A stretch of DNA of 64,000 bases, taken from assembly GCA_023247725.1 (NCBI GenBank), contig JAHFFW010000003.1, forward strand, positions 64,704-128,703, in the 5' to 3' direction. Made by a program: the position numbers and the translations under genes. The notes under the pieces were generated by a model. That model was not told the origin of the DNA. It made no database searches and saw only the letters and a list, made by a program, of their open reading frames with translations. Each line of letters opens with the position of its first letter. Positions within the stretch are counted from its first letter, which is position 1. This document shows positions 39,061 to 49,452 of this stretch, piece by piece. This stretch comes from Candidatus Omnitrophota bacterium (lineage in GTDB: Bacteria > Omnitrophota > Gorgyraeia > Zapsychrales > JAHFFX01).

Positions 39061-40338
39061 ATGGAAAACACATCCACCATTGTTGACAACCGGGGGAAAA
39101 ACATGAAAACAACTAGGCCTGATCAAACTTGCGTGCCACAATTCTTAAATGGCGCAGACCAAAAAAAAACTGTGCCCGCCATCCGCATTATGTTCATCAA
39201 CTCCGCTGCCAATATTTTCGGCGCCGAACGCTGTCTTTTGACCATCCTCGATCATCTGGACCATTCGCGTTTTCATCCGGTCGTGCTGTTGCCGCACTCC
39301 GGATCACTTCAGGAGGAGCTGGAAAAACGAGGAGTGAAAACCATTTTGTACGACTACAAGTTTAGGCCTTTGAAAAACAGCCTCCGGCGATTTTGGGATT
39401 TGACCCGTTTTATGACGCAGCTCATTCGAAACGAAAGAATCTCCATTGTTCATATCAATCTGCACTATTACGCCAGCAATTTCTGGCTGGCATTTTTCTT
39501 AACGAAGGTTACGGTCGTCAGCCATGTTCGATCGCCGTTATGGTTTCATCCGTTTGAGAAATTCGTGATGAGCCGACACCACAAAATTCTGTTTGTCTCA
39601 AAGGCGGTGCGGCAAAAGTTTGTACAAAAGCGCCGCTCGGATGCGTTGATCCGATTTCGCCCTGAGCAACTGGAAGTGCTTTATGATGGGCATGACCTGC
39701 AAAAATTCCAGTTGCCCAAACGCGATATCTTAAGGAAAGAATTCAAGCTCGACCCGCAAGACAGAATTATTTGTCTCATTGGGGCCATTGATTCGGTCAA
39801 AGGCCAGGATGTGTTGATCGAAGCCGCGGGCATCGTCAACCGGACGTATCCCAACGCTCGTTATTTCATCATCGGAAGCCAATACAAACACAGTCCGGAA
39901 AAACAGGCTTATGCCCTCAGGCTCAGAATAATGGTCGATGAATTAGGGTTAAAGGGAAAGGTTTTCTTCACCGGATACCGTGATGATGTCCCGGAAATTC
40001 TTCCGGAGATTGACATCCTCGTCCAACCCAGCTCTCACGAGGCCTTGGGCGGCAGCATGCTCGAGGCGATGTGTGCGGCAAAGCCCGTCATCGGGTTCCA
40101 GATTGACGCAGCGATGGAAGTGATCGGTGAGGAAGAAGCCGGCATTGTGCTCAAAGAACGGACCGGGAAATCTTTGGCCCAGGCCTTAATTTTTCTTTTG
40201 GAGAACCCAAAGGAGGCAAGACACCGAGGCTTGGCCGGGCAAAGTCGGGCGCGGCGGTTTTTTGATATTAAGAACAGCAATGAACGATTGATGCAAATTT
40301 ATACTCAAGCGGTTTCGAAAAGATCGGAGAGGCCCTAA
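39061..40338 (+). CDS. GT4 glycosyltransferase (start may be 39103)
   Basis: FGAERCL, VKGQD, HEALGGSMLEAM. Confidence 0.85.
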   Translation: MENTSTIVDNRGKNMKTTRPDQTCVPQFLNGADQKKTVPAIRIMFINSAANIFGAERCLLTILDHLDHSRFHPVVLLPHSGSLQEELEKRGVKTILYDYKFRPLKNSLRRFWDLTRFMTQLIRNERISIVHINLHYYASNFWLAFFLTKVTVVSHVRSPLWFHPFEKFVMSRHHKILFVSKAVRQKFVQKRRSDALIRFRPEQLEVLYDGHDLQKFQLPKRDILRKEFKLDPQDRIICLIGAIDSVKGQDVLIEAAGIVNRTYPNARYFIIGSQYKHSPEKQAYALRLRIMVDELGLKGKVFFTGYRDDVPEILPEIDILVQPSSHEALGGSMLEAMCAAKPVIGFQIDAAMEVIGEEEAGIVLKERTGKSLAQALIFLLENPKEARHRGLAGQSRARRFFDIKNSNERLMQIYTQAVSKRSERP

Positions 40339-41283
40339 ATGGTCGACGTGATTATGCCCGTGTATAACAGCGCGGACTTCATCGAAGAGGCCTTGGAATC
40401 AGTGTTAGCTCAAACCTATCAGCCCTTGCGAATCTGGGTGATCAATGACGGCTCCAGCGATCAAACGCCGCAGCTGCTTAAATCTTATGAGAGGCGCTAT
40501 CCCGATAAGATCAGGATCCTGCATAAACCAAATGGTGGACCGGCCTCGGCCAGGAATATGGGTTTGCAAAAAACAACGGCTCCCTATATTGCATTTCTGG
40601 ATGCCGATGATATTTGGTTGCCGCAAAAATTGGAGAAAGAGGTGGCGGTCCTTAAAGCCAATCCTGCGATCGGGTTGGTTTACTGTGACAATTTTTTTGT
40701 CAATGAGCATGGCGCGACGATCGAAAATTACATCCGCAAGGTGGGATTTTACCGAGGCGCCGCGCTTTTGGATTTCTTCATGGAATTTTTTCTCATGATT
40801 CCGGGAGTCGTTGTGCGCCAAGCCTGTTTTATGGATGTCGGACTATTCGACGAAAATCTGCAAGTCGGCGAGGATTTTGATCTTTTCTTACGAATTTTGC
40901 AAAAATACCCAATCGAGTGTGTCCGGGAAAAATTATGGAAACGCCGGGTGCTTTCCAATAGTTTGAGCCGACGGGATTTTATTCTGGCGGCCACCAATGA
41001 TCTGAAAACGGTTCATCGTTTCCTGGAACGCAATCCGGATTTCTATGTTCAGTTTGAGCCGCAGATCAACGAGCGCCTGGCACAACTGCATTTTTCTCTG
41101 GCCTATCAGGCCTTGGAAAAAGGCAAAAATGACGTCGCGCTTAAAAATTTTCTCGCCTCGCTCGAGAGAAAATTTTCTTTGGTCACGGTTAAGAATATTG
41201 CCCTTTGCAGTTTGCCTTATCAGGTCAGGACTCAATTAAAAAAAACCCGGACCGCATTTGTAGCCGGAACCACCATCTTCTAA
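40339..41283 (+). CDS. GT2 glycosyltransferase
   Basis: VIMPVYN, INDGSSD, FLDADD, GEDFDL. Confidence 0.9.
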   Translation: MVDVIMPVYNSADFIEEALESVLAQTYQPLRIWVINDGSSDQTPQLLKSYERRYPDKIRILHKPNGGPASARNMGLQKTTAPYIAFLDADDIWLPQKLEKEVAVLKANPAIGLVYCDNFFVNEHGATIENYIRKVGFYRGAALLDFFMEFFLMIPGVVVRQACFMDVGLFDENLQVGEDFDLFLRILQKYPIECVREKLWKRRVLSNSLSRRDFILAATNDLKTVHRFLERNPDFYVQFEPQINERLAQLHFSLAYQALEKGKNDVALKNFLASLERKFSLVTVKNIALCSLPYQVRTQLKKTRTAFVAGTTIF

Positions 41284-41287
41284 TCCC

Positions 41288-42166
41288 ATGGTTTCTATCC
41301 TCATCCCCACATACAACTGTGCGAAATATTTACCGAATGCGTTGGCAAGCGTCTTGACCCAGACTTACGGTGATTATGAAGTCTTGGTGATCGATGATGG
41401 ATCAACCGATGGCACAGCCCAAGTCGTGGCCAAATTTCAGGATGATTTTGGCGGCCGTTTGAAATACATTTACCAGGAAAATCAGGGTCTCGCCTGCGCC
41501 CGCAATACGGCCATTGAAAATGCCAAAGGAACATATTTGGCGCTTTTGGATGCGGATGATGTGTGGCTTCCCCATCGACTGAAAGAAACTCTCCACTCCA
41601 TGGAGGCGGACGCCCAAATTGGGCTGGTTCACGCCAACATCCGCTGCATTGATGAGCAGGGAAAAACGATTGGGGTTCCTCATCGGGACCCAGCCTATCT
41701 ATCCGGGAACATCTTTGACCATATCTTTGTCCGACGGGCAGATATTTCGTGTCCAACGGTCCTGTTCCGCAGAGAGTGCTGCGAGAAAGTGGGTTTGTTT
41801 GATCCAAACTTAGCGCGGCTGGGGTGTGAGGATCGAGATTTATGGTTGCGGATCGCCCGCCATTATAAGATTGCCTACGTCCATAAAGTTCTGGCTTTGT
41901 ATCGGGTGAGTCCGGCCAGCATGAGCCGGCAGCGTTTGAAAATGTTGCAGGCGCGGCTTTACGTCATCAATAAATTTTGTCCGCCCGATTCAGCCCACCG
42001 AGGTTTACGCAATGAAGCCCTCGCTAAAGTTTACCGCGACCTTGGAGACGAAGCGCTCCTCGCGCAGGATTTTGCCGAGGCGCGGCGGCAATATGGGCGG
42101 TCGATCCGATTGAATCCGAGAGGGGTCTGGAGCTGGATTAATTTTTGTAAAACCATTGGTAAATGA
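41288..42166 (+). CDS. GT2 glycosyltransferase
   Basis: ILIPTYN, IDDGSTD, LLDADD, CEDRDLW. Confidence 0.9.
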   Translation: MVSILIPTYNCAKYLPNALASVLTQTYGDYEVLVIDDGSTDGTAQVVAKFQDDFGGRLKYIYQENQGLACARNTAIENAKGTYLALLDADDVWLPHRLKETLHSMEADAQIGLVHANIRCIDEQGKTIGVPHRDPAYLSGNIFDHIFVRRADISCPTVLFRRECCEKVGLFDPNLARLGCEDRDLWLRIARHYKIAYVHKVLALYRVSPASMSRQRLKMLQARLYVINKFCPPDSAHRGLRNEALAKVYRDLGDEALLAQDFAEARRQYGRSIRLNPRGVWSWINFCKTIGK

Positions 42167-42710
42167 AGATCTTCCCCAACTTGCGCGCCGATATTGGTCG
42201 ATCTATTCGGGATCCCAAAGATCCTAAAAATATTTACTTGATATTTGAACAGGGGATCTGGGCCTTGATCGCGTATCGCTTTGGCCGCTGGGTAAGGACG
42301 ATTCCCATCCCATCGTGTCGCACCTGTTGAAGGGGTTGGCTTTTTTGTGGCTTTAATCGATCGAATTGACGATGGGAATTTCCATTCCGACCAGCGTCCG
42401 CATCGGCAAAGGGTGTTCCATCGGACACTTTGGCGGAATCATTCTTCATAGCGATGTCGTGATGGGCGAAGATTGCTCGCTCAGGCCCGGCGTTATTTTG
42501 GAAACACGCGGACTGGGCCAAAGGGGTGCGCCGCATTTGGGCGACCATGTTTACGTCGGGGTGGGGGCCAAAATCCTGGGGCCGGTGCGCATCGGCCACC
42601 ATGCCAAAATCGGCGCCAATGTGGTGGTCCTTAGGAACGTCCCGGACTGCGCGACCGCCGTCGGAATTCCAGCCAAAATTGTGAGGGAAACCCATGCTGG
42701 CGACACTTAA
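42163..42710 (+). pseudogene. Serine-acetyltransferase-like (WcaB/CysE hexapeptide) O-acetyltransferase, disrupted
   Basis: MKIFPNLRAD...LIAYRFGRW, frameshift ~42310, in-frame TAA 42354, then IGKGCSIGHFGG...VGAKILG...IGANVVV...AVGIPAKI. Confidence 0.8.
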
Positions 42711-44064
42711 AGAGTTCGGTCCCATTACGTTTTATATTATTGCGTTGGGCTTTTTTCTTTTGTCGGTGACGGGCCGGCCCAAATGGAGCTTACTATTGAC
42801 CATTGGACTGGCGCCTTTGCGCAATGTCGTTGAGCGTCTTGACATCTTTCCCATGGGCAAAGACCTTTTGGATGTCTTGATATTCGGACTTTTGGTTGGC
42901 TGGATCCTAACGTCGCTCCTGCGCCGCGACAAATTGTTCACCCGTTGTGCCGTCAATCCGATTGCCATCACCCTCATCCTTTATTCCCTTTTTACCGTGA
43001 TCATGGGAAGCCTGTATTTAAAGAATCCATTGCTTTTTGATGTCACCGATGACCGGATCCAAGACTGGAAGAATTTCATTCTTCTCCCCGTCCTGTTTTT
43101 TTTAACCTTCAATCTCATCGAGGATCGCAAATGGATCAAACGTGTTTTATGGGTGATGGCCGGTTCCATGATTTTGATGAATTGCTACACGACGACTCAG
43201 ATCTCCTGGTTTACGAATCTGGCCTCTCGGGAAAAAATTGTTTCGACCTTTGTTTATTTGGGGCCCAACGAGGTCGCGGCCTTTTATAACCAATACACCA
43301 TCATTCTTTTAGGAATCTATTTCTGTATGCGCAAAAGCCTCATCAAGCTATTGTTGCTGGGACTGATTGCGACCAATATTTTTTGTGTCTTGTTTTTGTT
43401 TTCACGGGGGGCTTATCTGGGGCTCTTGGGTGGCATGGTCCTTCTGGCATTCTTCAAGAAGAGAATCTTGATTGTCCCATTGATTCTGTTCGGGATTTTT
43501 TGGCAGGCGGTTCTGCCGCAAAAAGTGATTGAGCGCATTGAAATGACGACGGATGTTTATGGACACTTGGAATCATCGGCCGCCGACCGGCTGGTCATCT
43601 GGGGCGAAACGATGGATGTCATCACCAAGCAGCCGGTTTTTGGTTTGGGGTTTGGTGTCTTTCGGCATCTGGGTTTTATTTTGAAAGACACGCATAATAT
43701 TTATTTGAAAATTTTGGTGGAACAGGGCGTCTTTGGATTATTCATTTTCCTGATTCTCATCATCGTTTTTTTCCGGGAAGGGTGGAGTCTGTATCGACAA
43801 GGCAACGATGATTTATCGCGGGGATTGGGATTAGGATTTGCGATCGCGATCGGTGTTCTTTTGGTGAACAATCTGTTCGGTGACCGCTGGACTTACTGGG
43901 AGATCAGCGCCTTTATGTGGGCCTTTGCCGGACTGGTCTGCCGTTACCGTGTCATTGTGCAAGAAGAAGCCAAGTACCGCAAGACTGTCTCTGCGCCACA
44001 AAAGCCCTTCAAATCTAAACGCAAGGTTTTTCCCGACGAACCGCTGCTGGGATACAGTAATTAG
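42694..44064 (+). CDS. O-antigen ligase/Wzy-like polytopic protein
   Basis: GPNE, FSRGAYLG, SAADRLVIW, THNIYLKILVEQG. Confidence 0.85.
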   Translation: MLATLKEFGPITFYIIALGFFLLSVTGRPKWSLLLTIGLAPLRNVVERLDIFPMGKDLLDVLIFGLLVGWILTSLLRRDKLFTRCAVNPIAITLILYSLFTVIMGSLYLKNPLLFDVTDDRIQDWKNFILLPVLFFLTFNLIEDRKWIKRVLWVMAGSMILMNCYTTTQISWFTNLASREKIVSTFVYLGPNEVAAFYNQYTIILLGIYFCMRKSLIKLLLLGLIATNIFCVLFLFSRGAYLGLLGGMVLLAFFKKRILIVPLILFGIFWQAVLPQKVIERIEMTTDVYGHLESSAADRLVIWGETMDVITKQPVFGLGFGVFRHLGFILKDTHNIYLKILVEQGVFGLFIFLILIIVFFREGWSLYRQGNDDLSRGLGLGFAIAIGVLLVNNLFGDRWTYWEISAFMWAFAGLVCRYRVIVQEEAKYRKTVSAPQKPFKSKRKVFPDEPLLGYSN

Positions 44065-44140
44065 TGCATCGGTTCGCCTGAAATTTTCATGCTCATCGCG
44101 CATTGTGTGTGCAGTCCGGTTGTACCCTTGAGGTTTCAAT

Positions 44141-46441
44141 TTGGAATTACCAACTCCTAAAATCGAGATCGTCTTATTGACCGATTGCTTGGCTGATCTT
44201 GGGGCCGGCGCGGAAAAGCAAATTTTTGAACTCGCCCGCCGGCTCGACAAAGAACGCTACTCGGTGACCGTGGTTAGTCAGGACACCATCAGTCCAATAA
44301 CCCGCCAACAATTGGACCAAGCCAATTGTTCGGTTTTGGTACTTCGGGTTAAGCGAATCTATGGACTTTCGGGTCTCATCCAAGGTCGAAAATTTTATCG
44401 CTTCCTTCGCCAAAGACGGGTGAAGATCGTTCAAACCTATCATTTTGGTTCGGATATCTGGGGGGCATTTTGGGCCCGGCGCGCCGGGGTTCCTTTGATC
44501 ATTTCGAATCGCCGCGACATGGGATTTTGGCGCCGGCCATGGCACGGGGTTTGTTACTGGCTGATCCGTGGATGGGTCAAAAAAATTGTTGCGGTCAGCC
44601 ATTCGGTCAAGGCACGAGTCATGCAAACCGAAAACGTTTCGGCCAACCGTATTGAGGTCATTTATAACGGCGTCGAGATTCCCCGCGGTCTTCCGGCCTC
44701 GAAAAAAAAAGATTTGCGAAGATCCCTGGGGATTTCGGATGAGGACGTGGTTCTTATTCAGGTGGCCAATCTTCGCCCGGTCAAAGGGCATGGCTTCCTC
44801 ATCGAGGCCCTCGGGCGTCTCGTGACCCAATTCCCCCAGGTGAAATTGGCCCTCGTTGGCGAAGACACGATGAGGGGAGACTTGCAACGACGCGTTGAAA
44901 AAAGTGGATTAAAAAAGCAGGTTTTATTTTTGGGAAAACGTGATGACGTGCAGGAGCTTCTTACAATCGCCGATATCGGCGTCATGCCGTCTTTAAGTGA
45001 AGGGATGTCCAATGCGATTCTTGAATATATGGCGGCAGGGATACCGGTTGTGGCCACCTCCGTTGGAGGGAATCCCGAATTGGTCAAGGATGGTTTCAAT
45101 GGTCTATTGGTTCTTCCTCAAGATGTGGATCAGCTCGAATTAGCCCTGGCCGCTCTCATCCGTGATTCCTCTAAACGTGATCTCATGGGCGCCATCGGAC
45201 GGCGCATGGCCGAAGAGGATTTCTCCTTCGCCAAAATGGTAAAGGATTACGCAGCCCTGTATGAAACTGTCTTCCCGCCGCCGGTGCGGATCTTGCATTT
45301 TGTCAGCAGTCAAGGAGTCTTTGGGGCCGAACAAGTCATCCTTTCCTTGGCCAAGTTTTTTAACAATGGAAATTATCAAGCGGTCATCGGTGCCGTCCAT
45401 GACCGGCGTTTTCCCCAGAGCGACGCAGTGATTCAAGCCGCCCAGGAGCTCAAACTCCCGACGATTCGAGTGTCTTGTTCCTACCGTTTTGATTGGGCTG
45501 CGATTTTTGAATTGAAAAAATTGCTTCAAGAGATGCGCATCGATGTTCTTCATACCCACAACTACAAATCGGATCTCATAGGACTCCTGGCCGCGCGCTT
45601 AGCCGGAGTGCCCGTGGTCGCAACGGCTCATGGCTTTACGGGAATGACGAAGGCAGTTTCGAGTTATGAAAAATGGGATCGGTTTATTCTGGAACGGTTC
45701 TTTGACCGGGTGATTGTGGTGACCGAAGAGCTATTGACGAAATGTTCTCCAGAAAAACGACGGGTCATCCGTAATGGACTGGATATTTCCCGTTTCCATG
45801 TCGAAGCAGCCAAGGGTTTGGAATTCCGCAAAAAATTTGGGCTTTCGCGCCATCATGTGGTTGTCGGAACCGTGGGACGGTTAAGTCCGGAGAAAAACCA
45901 GAAGTTGCTGTTAGAAGGCATGCGGCCTTCCTTAAAGAAAAATCCCGAGCTTCGGGTCATGATCGTCGGAGAAGGGCCGGAGAAGGGCAACCTCGTTTCG
46001 TTTTGCTGGCAAGAAGAGATCACATCCAATGTGATTTTTTGCGGCCATATCAAGGATATGCCTTCGGCCTATCAGGCCATGGATCTTTTTGTGCTTCCTT
46101 CCTTAAGGGAAGCAATGCCATTGACGATCTTTGAAGCCATGGCATCGAGCGTGGCGGTCATTGCCACTCGAGTCGGCGGAGTCCCATCGGTGATTGAAGA
46201 TGGGCGGACCGGCCTCTTGGTCGAGGCCGGCGACAGTCCGGCATTGGCGGCGAAGATTGAATTCCTTTTGAATCGTCCGTCGCACCGTTCGGCTTTAGCA
46301 AAGGCCGGTTTGCAGGCCGTGCAAAAGCATTTTTCCAATTTGGAAATGTGCGAGCAGTACAAAAAAGTTTACGAAGAATTAATCCGCTTAAAATCCAACC
46401 CTACCAACCAAGCCAAGCGGGAACAATATGCCACTGCTTAA
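44141..46441 (+). CDS. Tandem GT4-GT4 glycosyltransferase
   Basis: Two GT4 units: GAGAEK...EGMSNAILEYMAAG and FGAEQ...EAMPLTIFEAMAS. TTG start uncertain. Confidence 0.85.
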   Translation: MELPTPKIEIVLLTDCLADLGAGAEKQIFELARRLDKERYSVTVVSQDTISPITRQQLDQANCSVLVLRVKRIYGLSGLIQGRKFYRFLRQRRVKIVQTYHFGSDIWGAFWARRAGVPLIISNRRDMGFWRRPWHGVCYWLIRGWVKKIVAVSHSVKARVMQTENVSANRIEVIYNGVEIPRGLPASKKKDLRRSLGISDEDVVLIQVANLRPVKGHGFLIEALGRLVTQFPQVKLALVGEDTMRGDLQRRVEKSGLKKQVLFLGKRDDVQELLTIADIGVMPSLSEGMSNAILEYMAAGIPVVATSVGGNPELVKDGFNGLLVLPQDVDQLELALAALIRDSSKRDLMGAIGRRMAEEDFSFAKMVKDYAALYETVFPPPVRILHFVSSQGVFGAEQVILSLAKFFNNGNYQAVIGAVHDRRFPQSDAVIQAAQELKLPTIRVSCSYRFDWAAIFELKKLLQEMRIDVLHTHNYKSDLIGLLAARLAGVPVVATAHGFTGMTKAVSSYEKWDRFILERFFDRVIVVTEELLTKCSPEKRRVIRNGLDISRFHVEAAKGLEFRKKFGLSRHHVVVGTVGRLSPEKNQKLLLEGMRPSLKKNPELRVMIVGEGPEKGNLVSFCWQEEITSNVIFCGHIKDMPSAYQAMDLFVLPSLREAMPLTIFEAMASSVAVIATRVGGVPSVIEDGRTGLLVEAGDSPALAAKIEFLLNRPSHRSALAKAGLQAVQKHFSNLEMCEQYKKVYEELIRLKSNPTNQAKREQYATA

Positions 46442-47657
46442 GGAAGGGATCTCAATGCAGCTACTTTTTCTTGCGCCTCGCCTGCCTTTACCGGCCGATA
46501 CCGGCGGGAAAATCCGCACGTACCATATTTTGAATCAATTGGCTAAACGATTTACGGTGCACCTGGTCTGTTTTTCCTTCGATGAAAATGACCGGCCATG
46601 GGCCCATTCCTTGGAAAAAAAGGGATTGAAAATAACGTTGGTCCCGTATCAGGAACCGCCATTCTTTGCGAAAACCAGCCGGATTCTATTTTCGTCCTTG
46701 CCCTATTCCATTCTCAAATATTATTCCCGGGCGATGGAAAATGTTTTGGAACGATTGATTCAAGCGGAAAAATTCGACGCGGTGCATGTGGACCATTTGC
46801 ACATGGCTATTTACGGTTCTCGGTTTTCTGGCCAACCTCGCGTCCTGGATGAACACAATGTGGAGTACGTGATTCTCAGGCGCTGCGCGCAGATTGAGAA
46901 ATCCCGGATCAAAAAGAAAATTTTTATCGATCAGTCGCAGAAAATGCAGGCCTTTGAAATGCGCGCTGTCCACGGATTCTCCCGGTGTTTGACGGTGTCG
47001 TTAGAGGATTGCCGGTCTTTAATGAATGGGACTCTCGATGCCGGGCATTGCCAGGTGGTTCCCAACGGGGTCGATACCCAATATTTTCGTCCGGCCATCG
47101 GCATACCGAGGGATGAGGAACAAAGTTTGGTGTTCACCGGTTCCTTGGACTGGTGGCCGAATGAAGACGCCATTGTTTACTTTTGTCAGGATATTTTGCC
47201 GCAAATTTGGCGCCAATTGCCGCGATTAAAATTTGTGATCGTAGGAAAATCTCCCAGTCAGCGGATTCGGGCATTGATGGCCGCCGAACCGCGAATCGTG
47301 GTGACGGGAAGGGTTGACGATGTTCGTCCGTTTCTTTCTGCGGCGCGAGTTTTTGTTGTCCCTTTGCGCGTCGGCGGCGGCACGCGGCTGAAAATTCTCG
47401 AGGCGATGGCCATGCAAAAAGCGGTCGTATCGACCACGCTGGGAGCCGAGGGTATCCAATGCGCTTCGGGAAAAAATATTCTCATCGCCGACGAACCGCA
47501 GGACTTCGCCAGCCAGGTCGTGGCCCTGGTGCGTGACGAAGGCAGAGCCATGTCAATCGGCAAAGCGGGCCGTGACCTCGTATGTTCCACCTATGATTGG
47601 GAGATCGTGGGAAATAAATTGGAATCGATTTATCGGGAACTCTTCCATGCGAGTTAA
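46428..47657 (+). CDS. GT4 glycosyltransferase of the type found in PEP-CTERM/exosortase loci
   Basis: PLPADTGGKIR, DEHNVE, VPNGVD, FTGSLDWWPN, GGGTRLKILEAMA. Alternative start 46455. Confidence 0.85.
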   Translation: MPLLKEGISMQLLFLAPRLPLPADTGGKIRTYHILNQLAKRFTVHLVCFSFDENDRPWAHSLEKKGLKITLVPYQEPPFFAKTSRILFSSLPYSILKYYSRAMENVLERLIQAEKFDAVHVDHLHMAIYGSRFSGQPRVLDEHNVEYVILRRCAQIEKSRIKKKIFIDQSQKMQAFEMRAVHGFSRCLTVSLEDCRSLMNGTLDAGHCQVVPNGVDTQYFRPAIGIPRDEEQSLVFTGSLDWWPNEDAIVYFCQDILPQIWRQLPRLKFVIVGKSPSQRIRALMAAEPRIVVTGRVDDVRPFLSAARVFVVPLRVGGGTRLKILEAMAMQKAVVSTTLGAEGIQCASGKNILIADEPQDFASQVVALVRDEGRAMSIGKAGRDLVCSTYDWEIVGNKLESIYRELFHAS

Positions 47658-49452
47658 AACCAAACAAGGTCAAATCAACGTTGGCAATATTCTCATGGGC
47701 GGATTCTTGACCGGAATCATCCTCGCCTTCATTGTTGCCTTTTTTCTCTACGGCATCTACAAAACTTATAAAGCGATGAAAGCCCCGCGGCGTTTTTCCG
47801 CGGTCGCGCCGGTTCCTCCCCAAGAAGGAACCACGTTGTTTGTGGCCTCCAGCCTTGACCGTATTTTTTCCGATGGAATGACCTTGAAAGAACCCGCCTT
47901 TTCGACGGAGGTTTCCCTTGCTCAGGCAAAAAATGAATATGAATCCTTCCAGGTGGTTGTTCAAACAACCAACACGGCACTTAAAAAGGTCTGGTTCGAG
48001 GTCTCCGACCTCATTGATCCCGCCTCCGGGGCCAGGATTGATCACGGCAATATCCTTTGGCGCGTGGTGGGCTATGTTCCGACGAAGCAACCGTATTATC
48101 CCGTCAAATTCGTAGGGAACTGGCCTGATCCTTTATTGCCCGCTCAACCGATCGATGTGGACGCACCGAAGACTCAACCATTTTGGTTTACCATTTACGT
48201 CCCCCAAAACGCTCAAGCCGGTCGCTATCAAGCAAAGATCTGGATGAAGGCCGAAGGACTTTCGACGCCTCGGGAAATTCCGGTATCTTTAAAGGTGTTC
48301 AATTTTGAATTGCCCAAACAAAACACCTTGAAAACCGCCTTTGATTTTTACGAAGGACAAACGTACAAACGTTATCCGCAAAAGGAGAATGAAAGTAACG
48401 AGGCTTATCAGGCCAGAATCGGTGCGCTCAATGACAAATTCCTCATCCTGATGCTGCAATACCGAATGAATCCGATCCTCAATGTGGATCCAACCTCTCC
48501 ATCAGATTTGGCCAGGGTGGATCGGTACCGCTGGTTTGGGCTCAATAACTTTTCCATCGGGAAAAAGGGAGGGACCTTCAACAATAATTGGCCGGCGACC
48601 GACGAGGAAATCGAGGCCTTGCGACCCGTTTATCAGGGCTATGGCGAAATGCTAAAATTCAACAAACTTCTTCCTTACAACTACATCTACACGTGGGACG
48701 AGGGGAATGTTGGCAATCCCCGCGTCGCAAAGATTTGTTCTATGATCCATCGGGCCTATCCGAAATTAAAAAATATGGTCTGTTACCACGGATTCTGGGA
48801 CCCGGCGGCGCAGCCGGACTGGGGAAAAGATATTGATATCTGGTGTTTTAATATTGATAATTTTGTCGAATCCCAAATGCGCCGAATCCAGCAAGCCGGA
48901 AAAGAAATGTGGATGTACATTTCGGGGCCCAGTGGTTTCTCCACGCCCAATTTGGCCATTGATTTTGATTCCATCGATTATCGCATCATTCCTTGGTTGT
49001 GCTGGAAATACGACATCCGCGGATTCCTTTATTGGTGTGTGAATTGGTGGCCTTTCGTTGATCCCTTCCAAAGTGCAGCGAACACTCAATGGGAACAAAA
49101 TGGCAATGGGTTGTTATTTTATCCGGGGCCGGAAGGCCCCATCGCGTCGTTGCGCGCCGAGCTTTTTCGCGACGGGATGGAAGATTACGAATATACACAA
49201 ATTCTTTTGCAGAATCTCTGGGCTTTTGAAGATCTGAGCCCCGCCTTCGGCTATAGTGCCTTAGTGAAAGAAATCAAAGGCATTTTGACGATGGATGACT
49301 CGCTCATCAAATCGATGTTTGAATACACGCGGGACGGTCGCATTTTATTCAAGCGCCGTCAGGCCATTGCGGAAAAGATCGAAGAGACTGACAAAATCCT
49401 CCGTGATTTAGCCGGCAAAAAAACCAAGATCTCTGCGACAGGTGCGGAATAA
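47647..49452 (+). CDS. Membrane-anchored glycoside-hydrolase-like protein (DUF4091/GH123-like)
   Basis: N-terminal TM; AKNEYESFQV, WPDPL, YTWDE, GFLYW, NGNGLLFYPG, SLRAELFRDGMEDYEY. Confidence 0.7.
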   Translation: MRVKTKQGQINVGNILMGGFLTGIILAFIVAFFLYGIYKTYKAMKAPRRFSAVAPVPPQEGTTLFVASSLDRIFSDGMTLKEPAFSTEVSLAQAKNEYESFQVVVQTTNTALKKVWFEVSDLIDPASGARIDHGNILWRVVGYVPTKQPYYPVKFVGNWPDPLLPAQPIDVDAPKTQPFWFTIYVPQNAQAGRYQAKIWMKAEGLSTPREIPVSLKVFNFELPKQNTLKTAFDFYEGQTYKRYPQKENESNEAYQARIGALNDKFLILMLQYRMNPILNVDPTSPSDLARVDRYRWFGLNNFSIGKKGGTFNNNWPATDEEIEALRPVYQGYGEMLKFNKLLPYNYIYTWDEGNVGNPRVAKICSMIHRAYPKLKNMVCYHGFWDPAAQPDWGKDIDIWCFNIDNFVESQMRRIQQAGKEMWMYISGPSGFSTPNLAIDFDSIDYRIIPWLCWKYDIRGFLYWCVNWWPFVDPFQSAANTQWEQNGNGLLFYPGPEGPIASLRAELFRDGMEDYEYTQILLQNLWAFEDLSPAFGYSALVKEIKGILTMDDSLIKSMFEYTRDGRILFKRRQAIAEKIEETDKILRDLAGKKTKISATGAE

